From the NCBI GenBank assembly GCA_031409335.1, contig JANNWY010000062.1, positions 1-24,004 on the forward strand: a stretch of 24,004 nucleotides of DNA, in the 5' to 3' direction. Under the pieces are notes generated by a model. The model searched no databases. It was not told the DNA's origin and saw nothing but the letters and a program-made list of their open reading frames with translations. Position 1 is the first letter of the stretch, and each line of letters starts with the position of its first letter. Origin of the DNA: Chthoniobacteraceae bacterium. Its GTDB lineage: Bacteria > Verrucomicrobiota > Verrucomicrobiia > Chthoniobacterales > Chthoniobacteraceae. Positions 8,075 to 17,700 of this stretch are shown piece by piece. The translations under genes and the position numbers were made by a program.

Positions 8075-9292
8075 CTATGGGCGCTTGGTGCCGGTGACGG
8101 ATCGACCGGAGCGGCCGCGCTTGGGTTTGTCGAGGTCGGTGCGGTGCTCGATTTTCGCGACCGTGCCGCGTTTCAAATACTGCTCGCGCAAAGCGGCGTA
8201 GTCGGCGTCGCGACGATCGTAAAGGCGCTTGAGTTTGCGTGGCGCGGCTTTGCTCAAAGCGTAGGCGGTGATGATCGGGAGCGTGATCGTGGAGTCGGCG
8301 TAGCAGACCACGCAGTCGGGCAGATTTTCGGGGTCGATTTTTCCCCAGCTCACGGCTTCGCCGGGTGTCGCGCCGCTGAGGCCGCCGGTGTCGGGGCGGG
8401 CGTCGGTGCATTGCAAAAAGTAGTCGTGCCCGCGTTCCTCGATGCCCATGACTTCCTGAATCTGCGGCTCGGTTTGCAGCATGAAATTTTTCGGCGATCC
8501 GCCGCCGAGGATGAACACGCTCGAAGTCGCACCGCCGGATTTCGCGGCATAGACGATTGCAGCGGTTTGGTTCACGTCGCGGTTCACGTCGATCAGCAAC
8601 TTCGAATCGCGCAGCGCCATCGCGGCGACATTCATGCCGATGGAACTGTCTCCCGGAGAGCTGGTGAAAATCGGCACGCCAAACTGATACGCGGCGGCGA
8701 GCACGCTGGTTTCCTTGATCCCCAGTTTCTTTTCCCGCGCGTGGACGTAGCGCCCGAGCAGGTGGTGAAATTCGTCCGTCGCCATCGTCTTCTGAAACTC
8801 CGGCCCCTGGATGACCTGGCGCACGAACGCGTCGGTATCGAGCAGCACGTCGTAGTCGAAGAGCACGTCGTAAATGCGGATGATGCCGTCGCGGCGCAAA
8901 TCCACGTCATTCAAAAACGGCGAGCCCGCGTGCAGCGACATGCCGAGCCCGAAGTGCAGATCGTGGTAAAGATTCGCGCCGGTCGAAATCATCCAATCGA
9001 CAAAGCCCGCCTTCATCAGCGGCACGATCGCCGAGCGTCCGAGCCCGGCGGGCGTGAGCGCGCCGGTGAGCGACATACCGACGACACCGCGACCCGCGAT
9101 CATTTTGCCAGTGAAAAGCCGGCACGCCTCGGCGAGACGACCGCCGTTGTAGGCTTTGAAGGTAGTGTCGATCAGGTCGGCGACCTTCATTCCCTTGCGG
9201 ATCGGCTCGGGTAAAAGGCGCGGGAACTTCTTGTTCAGAGAACTCATGCGGGCACCGAAGTTAGCGGGTGACTTGATTCGGTCAATGGGCAT
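8075..9292 (-). CDS. speY: Deoxyhypusine synthase-like protein, homospermidine biosynthesis (SpeY) type; start may be 9247
   Basis: [42 protein letters not shown] and [23 protein letters not shown] (catalytic Lys motif). Confidence 0.88.
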   Translation of the reverse strand: MPIDRIKSPANFGARMSSLNKKFPRLLPEPIRKGMKVADLIDTTFKAYNGGRLAEACRLFTGKMIAGRGVVGMSLTGALTPAGLGRSAIVPLMKAGFVDWMISTGANLYHDLHFGLGMSLHAGSPFLNDVDLRRDGIIRIYDVLFDYDVLLDTDAFVRQVIQGPEFQKTMATDEFHHLLGRYVHAREKKLGIKETSVLAAAYQFGVPIFTSSPGDSSIGMNVAAMALRDSKLLIDVNRDVNQTAAIVYAAKSGGATSSVFILGGGSPKNFMLQTEPQIQEVMGIEERGHDYFLQCTDARPDTGGLSGATPGEAVSWGKIDPENLPDCVVCYADSTITLPIITAYALSKAAPRKLKRLYDRRDADYAALREQYLKRGTVAKIEHRTDLDKPKRGRSGRSVTGTKRP

Positions 9293-9362
9293 GTCGGCGG
9301 ACGAGGCTCCGATCCTGCCGACCCTGCTTCACGGATGTGCCAACCGGAGCTGCATCCGCTGC

Positions 9363-12300
9363 TCAGCGAATGCGCTCCACTTTATAGAAGCGGCGCGCGG
9401 CACCTCCCGCGGCGGCGGGGAGGTCGGTATCCGTCCAGCTCATCGGCCCGCCCGCAGCACCGGCGGCGAGCGGGCCGGTGGCGAGTGGGGTCCATGCGAT
9501 CAGGTCGGGCGACTGCCGGATTTCATAGACGCCGTGCGGCGCAGCATCCCATGCGAGCGTGATCGTCGTGAACGGGGTATTGCGCGTGATCGCGACGACC
9601 AGCGGGCGGGCCGCGGTGGTCCAGTTGCCGATGGGATCGGTGCCGGCGAGGAATTCCGCGGCGTTCGTCTGGCCGTCACCGTCGAAGTCATTCAAGCCAT
9701 CGGCGATGCCATCGGCGACGAGCGAGCCGTTGTTGCCGGTGCTGTCGGGACTGTCGGCGCGGAAGGGATTTTGCACACCGGGAATGGCGGCGAGCAGATC
9801 GCGCGTTTCGTCGTAGTCGAGCAGGTTGTCGCGGTCGCGCTCGATGCCCATGCGGCGTCCGGTGTCGCGGGCAGTGGCGGTGAAAAGGACGGGCTCGGCG
9901 GCGGACGCGCGCGCGAGGATCGCGGCGAGCGTTTCGATGATGCCGGCCTGATCGCTTTGGAAGTTGTTCGCGCTCAAATAATGCCAGCCGCGCGGCACAC
10001 CGTTCACATTGGCTTTCGCGAAGAGATCGATTGCGGCGGCATTGGCCAGCGTGATGAGCGCCGTGAGCCGGGCGAGGTCCGTGGCCGGAAGCGTGGCACC
10101 GATGAGCAGCGCCTGGCGACCCACGGCGGCGTGCGCATCCTGACTCAATGTGCCGGGCGGCTCGAGGGCATCCACTGGCGCGCCAAAGCCGGAGCCGCCA
10201 AAGCTCAACACCAGCGCGACGAGGTCCGCGACTTCCTGATCGTTGTTCGGATTAAACGCGCCCTCGGACAGAAACCGCGACAGCGAATCCACCGAGCCAT
10301 CGTGCGCGAAACCAAACCCCGACAGGCTGAGCGGCTGGGTGAACTCGCAGCCGACCTTTTCATACATGTTGCGGAGTTGCGGGGTCTTGAACGCCTTTTG
10401 CGAAGAACCATCCACCGACACCAGCGCGTGATGCCGCTCGCCATTGAAGCCGGGCGCGATGTCCGTGAAAGTCGCCCCGGTCAGCCGCTTGTCCGCGCCC
10501 ATGCCGGTGGGCAGCGTGTGGCACGTCACACACGCGAAGGCGCCGCGATCGATGCCGCGCACCAGCGGGCGGTAGAGCGTCGTCAAGCCGCGTTGCGCAT
10601 TGCCATTTGGCATTGGCTGGCCCGCGCCGCCAAAGCGCCCGGATTTGAAGTGCCCCGGCAGCGGCAGATTTGTCGGCAGCGTGTTGTCCTGATTGCGGAA
10701 AGGATTTGGCGGAAAGGCGATGGTCGCGAGGAAATCCTCGAACTGCTGCATCTCCGTCGGCGTGAGCAGCATGTCGTCGCCGAGCAGGCCGACGAAGGCG
10801 CCGTTAAACTCCTCGATGCCATCGCGGTCGCCGCGCCAGTGATGCGGCTCCTTGCCGATGATGTCCTGCATCGTCTGCGTCGTCATCGGCCCCTTCATCG
10901 GATGAAAGTTGGTGAACCCGGTATTCAGCCCCGGGATGTTCGCGCCGAGATTGTGCCGCGGACTGCTCACCGTTTTCACCGTGCCGGATGGGTCGCCGAG
11001 ATCCCACGCCAGCCGGTCCAGGCGGGCATCCGCGTGGCACGAGGCGCACGACGCCTGGCCGAGCCCGGAGGTGCGCCGCGTATCATACAGGAAAGGCCGG
11101 CCGCTCTTGATCGCCGCCGGGGTCGGATCGAAAAACGGCACGCGCGCAGTCTCCGTTTCCGTCGTCAGATTCACGATGGAAAGACTGCCTTCAAACCGGT
11201 TCAGCACGTAGAGCACGCCGCGCGCTTCATCCAGCGCGAGCCCCGCCGGTCCCTGGCCGACCGCGATTGGCACCGCATTGAGCCGCGCGCCGTTCGCACC
11301 GATGACCGCCACATTGTTCGATCCCATGCCGGCAACGTATCCGCGCAAGCCGTCCGCTTTCCAGACGATGGCTCGCGGATCGCCGACCGACTTGTCGCGC
11401 TCCGTCTGCGCCACCGTCGGCGTCGCATAAGTCAGGTGCGGATTCAGGTCCACCGCGCTCGGCGAACCCGGCGTCGCTGGCAGAAACCAACCCATGCGCA
11501 CGCGCACGAATTTCCCGTTCACGTTTGGCTCAAAGCGCACCTCATTCGTCGCCTCGGTGCCCACCAGCGTCACCCGGCCCGTCGCGGGATTCACGCCGAG
11601 CGCCATGCAGAGATTCATCATGCGCCGCGCATACGTCACGCCGCGCGTCGCCGCGTCGATGATCGCCACATCGTTGTCCACCACATCCCAGCCGGGCATG
11701 CGGCCCGACAGCGCGGCATTGGCCCCGCTCACCAGCGAAGTCCAATTGCGCGCATTGTCATCCATCCACGCACCCGCCGCGTTTTTCTTCACGATCAGAC
11801 CCACCGGTGGCGCCACGGGATTCGCCGGATTCCGCAACGGCGCGAAAAGCGTGCCGCTATTGGGCGGCGGATTCGCCCCGCCGTACGGCCCCGACGCATC
11901 GCTCACCGCGTTGGGCGGAAATGAGATCGTCGTCCCATCGCCGCCACCCGCCAGCAGCGTGCTGCCGTTCCCACTTTCAAAGAACGCCGCATACACCTTC
12001 GTCCCATCCGGGCTTACCGCCAGACTCCGCGGATCTTCGCCCGCGATCAGCACTTCATTCGTCACCCCGCCCGCCAGATTCGCCGGATCGAAAAGCTGGA
12101 GCTTGTTCACCTGTGAGCACGCCACCCACGCCCGCTGCGGCGTGCCCGCGAAGACCACATCCACCGGCTCATCCGCCGTCTGCAGCGTCGCCGTCACCGC
12201 ACACGTCACCGCATCCACCACGCTCACCGAATCCGACGTGTGATTCGCGACCCACAGCTCCGTCGCCGTCCGCCAGCGCACGCTCACCGGGTCCAGCCCC

Positions 12301-12509
12301 GTCGTGATCGCCGCAGCCAGGACCGGCGTGCCAGACACCAGCGAATAGAGCAGCACGCGATTGTCCGCCGTGTGACACACCGCCAGCACCTTGCCGTCCG
12401 GACTCAAGTCCAGCGGATGCACCGGCGGCACCTCAAAATTCACGAAGTCTCCAGCCACCAGCGGGACGGCCAGAAACGGGACGAGGAAAAGCGCGCGGAG
12501 GGACATCAT
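9363..12509 (-). CDS. Exported YVTN/YncE beta-propeller + di-heme cytochrome c peroxidase (bCCP/MauG)-like protein
   Basis: Signal peptide MMSLRALFLVPFLAVPLVAG at 12509 (the ORF track starts at 12626). YVTN-type blades; two CxxCH motifs (CASCH, CVTCH); HWRGDR; FKTPQLRN...HDGS; C-terminal DFDGDG..E..AGTDP...RRFYKV module. Confidence 0.85.
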   Translation of the reverse strand: MMSLRALFLVPFLAVPLVAGDFVNFEVPPVHPLDLSPDGKVLAVCHTADNRVLLYSLVSGTPVLAAAITTGLDPVSVRWRTATELWVANHTSDSVSVVDAVTCAVTATLQTADEPVDVVFAGTPQRAWVACSQVNKLQLFDPANLAGGVTNEVLIAGEDPRSLAVSPDGTKVYAAFFESGNGSTLLAGGGDGTTISFPPNAVSDASGPYGGANPPPNSGTLFAPLRNPANPVAPPVGLIVKKNAAGAWMDDNARNWTSLVSGANAALSGRMPGWDVVDNDVAIIDAATRGVTYARRMMNLCMALGVNPATGRVTLVGTEATNEVRFEPNVNGKFVRVRMGWFLPATPGSPSAVDLNPHLTYATPTVAQTERDKSVGDPRAIVWKADGLRGYVAGMGSNNVAVIGANGARLNAVPIAVGQGPAGLALDEARGVLYVLNRFEGSLSIVNLTTETETARVPFFDPTPAAIKSGRPFLYDTRRTSGLGQASCASCHADARLDRLAWDLGDPSGTVKTVSSPRHNLGANIPGLNTGFTNFHPMKGPMTTQTMQDIIGKEPHHWRGDRDGIEEFNGAFVGLLGDDMLLTPTEMQQFEDFLATIAFPPNPFRNQDNTLPTNLPLPGHFKSGRFGGAGQPMPNGNAQRGLTTLYRPLVRGIDRGAFACVTCHTLPTGMGADKRLTGATFTDIAPGFNGERHHALVSVDGSSQKAFKTPQLRNMYEKVGCEFTQPLSLSGFGFAHDGSVDSLSRFLSEGAFNPNNDQEVADLVALVLSFGGSGFGAPVDALEPPGTLSQDAHAAVGRQALLIGATLPATDLARLTALITLANAAAIDLFAKANVNGVPRGWHYLSANNFQSDQAGIIETLAAILARASAAEPVLFTATARDTGRRMGIERDRDNLLDYDETRDLLAAIPGVQNPFRADSPDSTGNNGSLVADGIADGLNDFDGDGQTNAAEFLAGTDPIGNWTTAARPLVVAITRNTPFTTITLAWDAAPHGVYEIRQSPDLIAWTPLATGPLAAGAAGGPMSWTDTDLPAAAGGAARRFYKVERIR

Positions 12510-12652
12510 CCGGCAGCCTACCCGACGCCGATACGAGATCAACGACCGTGTTTTTTCCACGAGCTGCCTCAAATGGAATGACCCTGGCAGATCCGAATTG
12601 AAAACGAAGCGCCGCCTCCCTGACATCGCGCACGCAAGAGTGGAGGTAAACT

Positions 12653-13189
12653 ATGCTGAATATTCTTGTCGGTTTCCCCAGATCGGTTCAACCCGGACTC
12701 GCCGGTGGCGCAGCCTTTCTCTTTCTATCCCTGTCCCCGCCGGGCCAGGTGGCGACAATGATCTATCAGGCCACGGACCTCGCCGACACCACGCCCGGCA
12801 ACGATCTCTGGCAATACTCCTACACGCCCGGCCAGTTCACCTTCACGGCAGGTCAGGGATTCACGATCGTCTTCGATCGCACCTTGTTCTCGCAGATCCA
12901 AAGCCCGCCCCCGTTTGTGAACGCGGACTGGGATCCCATCTCCCTCCAACCCGACCTCCTCCTCGGCTCCGACGGCTTCTACGATGCGCTCGCCCTGCGC
13001 AACGCGCCCTCGCTTGCCGATCCCTTCAAGGTCAAATTCGTCTGGCTGGGCCCCGGTGCTCCCGGCCCGCAGCCCTTCACGATCTACGACTCCAATTTCC
13101 AGCCACTCGTCCAGGGCCAGACCGTCCCCGAGCCATCCGCCCTCGCGTTGCTGCTCGCCGCCGTCAGCGCGTTCGCGCGCCGACGGCAA
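12653..13189 (+). CDS. PEP-CTERM sorting-domain protein (~179 aa); no stop codon after the signal, so the frame runs on to 13930
   Basis: VPEPSALALLLAAVSAFARRR ends at 13186; GGAGG RBS upstream of the ATG; a REP element begins immediately after the Arg cluster. Confidence 0.8.
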
Positions 13190-13296
13190 GTAGCGCAGGC
13201 GCCCCGCCTGCCGGCAAGTGGTGCCGGCGCCTCGCCTGCACACGGCGGGCAGGGTGCCCGCCGGACGAACCGGCAGCCGGGGCGGCTGCGCTACTT
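13188..13296. repeat. GTAG-family REP doublet (REPIN/BIME-like), 109 bp
   Basis: 27-bp terminal inverted repeats with 2 mismatches (AAGTAGCGCAGGCGCCCCGCCTGCCGG / CCGGCAGCCGGGGCGGCTGCGCTACTT); each arm is itself a GC hairpin after GTAG; further small hairpins lie inside. Confidence 0.8.
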
Positions 13297-13316
13297 CCCT
13301 AAACCCGCCCCACCCC

Positions 13317-14744
13317 ATGAAAACACTCCTCTCCGCCATCCTCGCACTCTGCGCTGCCACCTTGGCCCGCGCCGACCTCGTCACCGACTGGAACGAAACC
13401 GCGCTGGCCGCGATCCAGCTCGACAAAACCCCGCCACCCAAAGCCGCGCGTGCTCTCGCCATCCTGCACACTTCGATTTACGACGCGGTGAACGGCATCA
13501 CGCCAACGCGCGAACGATACCTCGTCCCCGGCAAACCCGCCGGCACTGCATCGCCCCAAGCCGCAGTCTCGGCAGCGGCGCATCTCGTCCTCGTCCGCCT
13601 TTTCCCCGCGCAGCAGGCCACTCTCGACGCCACGCACCACAAGGCGCTCGCCGCGATCACGAACAGCCCGGAGAAAAACAACGGAATCCACTGGGGCGAA
13701 TGGGCGGCGAACATCATCCTCGTCGCGCGTTCGACCGATGGTGGGGAGGAAACCGTGACGCACATTCCCAAAGACGCACCCGGCGAATGGCAGCCGACAC
13801 CACCGGCCTCCGCGCCCGCGCTCCTCCCGCAGTGGGCAAAGCTCGCCTGCTTCGCCATGACCAGCGGCTCGCAATTCGGCCCGCCGCGCATGCCCGCGCT
13901 CACCATCGCCGTGTATGCGGTCGATTTTAATCTCACCAAACAACTCGGCGCAAAAGACAGCCCCGCGCGCACCGCCGAGCAAACCGCCATCGCGCAGTTC
14001 TGGGCTGACGGTTCCGGCACCGTCACGCCGCCCGGCCATTGGAACGTCATCGCTCGCGACCTCGCCACCCAGCGCAAGCTTTCGCTCGCGGAAAACGCGC
14101 GCCTCTTTGCCATGCTGAATATCGCCCTCGCCGAGGCTGCGATCCTCTGCTGGGACTGCAAATACGACTGCCGCTTCTGGCGGCCCATCACCGCGATCCA
14201 AAACGCCGACACCGACAAAAACCCCGCGACCGAAAAAGACCCCGCGTGGACGCCCTTGCTCGAGACGCCGCCCTTCCCCGAATACACCTCCGGCCACAGC
14301 ACCTTCAGCAGCGCCGCCGCCACCGTCCTCGCCGCGTTCTTCGGCTCGGATGAAATCGCGTTCTCGACCACGTCCGATGCGATGCAGGGATTCTCGCGCA
14401 ATTTCCACTCCTTCTCCGAAGCCGCCGCCGAAGCCGACCTCAGCCGCATCTTCGGCGGCATCCACTTCATGTCCGCAAATCAACAGGGCCTCGCCTCCGG
14501 CGCAAGGCTGGGCACATACGTGAGCGAGAGTTTTCTGAAAGCCCGGCCGGGCGCAGCCGCAAACTCATCCCGACCTGCGCAGGCACAAAGCGACCCGCCG
14601 ACCCCAGCGCCGCAAATCGCAACACCGGACGCGACACCGCCGGCAACCGCCGCAGTCGAACCAGAGGCTCTATCGCCACCAAACCCCGCGCGAAGAATCG
14701 TCGCCACCGGCGGACAGGAAACATCGAAAGGAGAAACGCCATGA
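13317..14744 (+). CDS. Exported vanadium-dependent haloperoxidase / PAP2 superfamily protein
   Basis: Signal peptide MKTLLSAILALCAATLARA; active-site motifs WDCKY...WRP, PPFPEYTSGHS and SRIFGGIHF; Pro/Ala-rich C-terminal tail. Confidence 0.88.
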   Translation: MKTLLSAILALCAATLARADLVTDWNETALAAIQLDKTPPPKAARALAILHTSIYDAVNGITPTRERYLVPGKPAGTASPQAAVSAAAHLVLVRLFPAQQATLDATHHKALAAITNSPEKNNGIHWGEWAANIILVARSTDGGEETVTHIPKDAPGEWQPTPPASAPALLPQWAKLACFAMTSGSQFGPPRMPALTIAVYAVDFNLTKQLGAKDSPARTAEQTAIAQFWADGSGTVTPPGHWNVIARDLATQRKLSLAENARLFAMLNIALAEAAILCWDCKYDCRFWRPITAIQNADTDKNPATEKDPAWTPLLETPPFPEYTSGHSTFSSAAATVLAAFFGSDEIAFSTTSDAMQGFSRNFHSFSEAAAEADLSRIFGGIHFMSANQQGLASGARLGTYVSESFLKARPGAAANSSRPAQAQSDPPTPAPQIATPDATPPATAAVEPEALSPPNPARRIVATGGQETSKGETP

Positions 14745-17700
14745 GTCTCACAACGAGCGAGCGCAATATCCGGGTAGCACGCTCGTCCCGAGCGTCGGTC
14801 GAGGCGTCCCGCCTCGACGAACTTCCCAAGATGTCCAAACCGGAACGAACGCCGCAACCAGATCGAACGTCCTCGAAAGATCATTTCGGCGGGACGCCGA
14901 AACCAACGCGCGAGACGCGCGTGCTACCCGAAACATCCCCCGCCGCAAAACTTCAACGTTGGAAGTTGAAAGTTCGACGTTCGACGTTCAGCCCCGCGCA
15001 GCGGCCCCTCGTTTTCCTCTTCCTCTTTCTCCTAATCTTCCTCCCCTCCGCCAGCACCGCCACCCTCACCCCCGCCGCCCCCCAAACCCTCACCGAAACC
15101 CTCACCGAAACCCGCATCACCCGCACGGTCTTCGAGTACGTCATGCAAATCAGCGTGACCAACTCCGACACCAAGACCGCCCGCGGCGTCCTCTCCACCG
15201 TCACCAGCACCTCCCCGCGCACCACCATCGTCGAAGGCAGCGTCAGCTTCGGCAGCATCGCCCCCGGCCTCGCCGCCGCGGGCGCGGACACCTTCACCCT
15301 CCGGCACGATCGCACCGTGCCCTTCGATCCCGCCGTCTTGCAGTGGGTCTTCGTGAAAGTCCCCGCCGATCCCACCGTCGCCGCGCCGTCTTCCCCCACC
15401 ATGCTCACGAGCGCCACCGTCACCGGCACCACCGATCCCGGTGCGGGCATCGAAATCGTCGGCGGCGCGCAGACCATCACCGGCACCTCCCACGCCACCA
15501 CTGGCGTCTTCAACCTCAGCGTCCCCCTGCAAACCAACCGCCTCAACCCGCTCTTCGTCACCGCCTTCAACCCCGCGGGCCGCAGCGCCCCGGTGCCCGC
15601 CGCCGTGCTCCAGGACGCGCAGCCGCCCTCGCTCTTCATCGACTTCCCGAAAAACGGCGACCAGCTCACCAACGACACCATCGTCGTCGGCAGGCGCGTC
15701 GGCGACATGCTCAGCGGCTACCAGGGCCTCACCGTCTCGGTCAATGGCCAGCCCGCCACCGTGAATGTCGGCATTGGCAACAACGGCACCTTCGAGCGCA
15801 GCGCCGTCCCGCTCGTTTTGGGAAGTAACACGATCACCGCCACCGCGACCGACATCAACGGCAACGCGATCACGCTGCCCCCGATCACCGTCCATCGAAT
15901 CCCGATCACCGGCCCGCGCATGATCGCCCTCTCCGGCGACATGCAAAAGGCCCCGTGCACGCCCGCCTCGCGCAACCCCTCGTCGTCAAAATGACCAACG
16001 CCGACGGCACCCCCTTCCCCGGCAAGATCGTCACCTTCACCGTCACCCGCAGCGATGGCCGCCTCGTCGCCGACCCCGCGCAAACCGCGCCCGGCACCCT
16101 GCTCCTGCAAATCCCCACCGACGCGAACGGCCTCGCCAAAGCCTGGTGGAACGTCGGAGCCGACGCCGGCCGCGCGAACAACCGCGTCGCCGTCACCAGC
16201 AAAGACATCGCCGACACCATTGGGTTCTGCGCCTCCGCCGACCCCGGCCCCGTGCATCAGATCAACATCGGCAGCGGCAACAACCAGAAAGCCGAAGCCG
16301 GCGGCCCCGCTCCCGAGCCCCTCCGCGCCTGGGCCAGCGACATGTGCAATGGCATCAATAACCTCCCCATCACCTTCACCGTCAAACAGGGCGGCGGAAA
16401 AGTGAACGGAGCCAACACCGCCACCGTGAATTCCGGCATCACCGGCCACGCGCAGGTGATCCTCACGCTCGGCCCAGACGCCGCCACCAACGTCATCGAA
16501 GCCAACTACCCCGGCAACCCCAACCTCCCCGCCACCTTCATCGCCTACGGAGTCGTCCGAGACCCCGCCAAACCCACCACCTTCACCGGCCTGGTCTTGG
16601 ATAACACCAGCAACCCCATCGGCGGAGCGACGTGCAAATTAGTAGTCCAAGGCTTTAGCCTGTCCACCTTCAGCGATGCCCACGGCCGTTTCCGAATCGA
16701 CGCCACCACCCCGCACCTGCCGAACACCCCGCTCACCGACCTCCCCAACGGCCCCGCCCACCTCTTCGTCGATGGCCTAACAGCGACAACTCTCAACGGA
16801 GCCGCCGTCCCACCCGGCACCTACCCCCCGCTCGGCTACGTCACGACAATAGTGCCCAACGCCGAAAACTCCCTCCCCACGCCCGTGCTCCTGCCCTGCA
16901 TGAACGTGCATAACGCGAAGACCTACGACGGCACCACCGACCTCGTGCTCACCTGCGAAGGCATCGCCGGCCTCAAGATGACCATCAAAGCCGGCTCGAT
17001 GCGCAAGCCCGACGGGTCTCTCGTCACTCCCACCAACACCGCCATCGTCTCCCTCAATCAGGTCCACCACGACCAAATCCCCATGCCCATGCCCGACGGC
17101 GCCAGCCCGCCGTTCGCCTGGACCCTCCAGCCCGGCGGCGCGCACTTCGATCCCCCCGTGGCCATCGAATACCCCAACATGAGCGGCCTCCCCGCCGGAG
17201 CCATCGCCTACTTCCTCTCCTTCAACCACGAGACCGAACGCTTCGAAATCGTCGCCAGCGGCCACGTCACCCCCGACGGCTCCACCATCCTCAGCGATCC
17301 CGGCGCAGGTCTCACCATCGTCGGCTGGGGCTGCAATTGCCCGCCTTATTCGGTGACAGGAGCAGTTTCGTATAACAGCTGCGCCTTTCGAGCCGAAGAC
17401 TACCGTTCTAGCGATCAGCAAATCCCCAATGACTCTCCCAAAAAGCTGTTTAGTACGTCACTTGCATGCGTAGGTTCCGGACTTTGCGACAGCCTGAATA
17501 ACGGCGACTTTCAGGATCCAGATTGGCTCCTGAATTTGAATCGTGTACTCTACGAAAGATGGAAGATACGAAACACGCTCCTCCATTGGCGCATCGCCGA
17601 GGCCGACTGTATCCTAAGTTCACAGTTACTCCCACCGGCTGTGTCCAAATGGGTGTGCATGTTTGATTATGTCGTTGCGCACGACTACTTCGATATGCAA

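Noticed and set aside
9156..11924. 922-aa plus-strand ORF (likewise 8144-9214, 13299-14483, 21523-22941)
   Set aside because: Antisense shadows of well-supported genes; Arg/Ala/Gly-rich and motif-free.
12653..13930. 425-aa ORF as a genuine full-length protein
   Set aside because: Beyond the PEP-CTERM signal it is REP-derived, then out-of-frame translation of the haloperoxidase gene.
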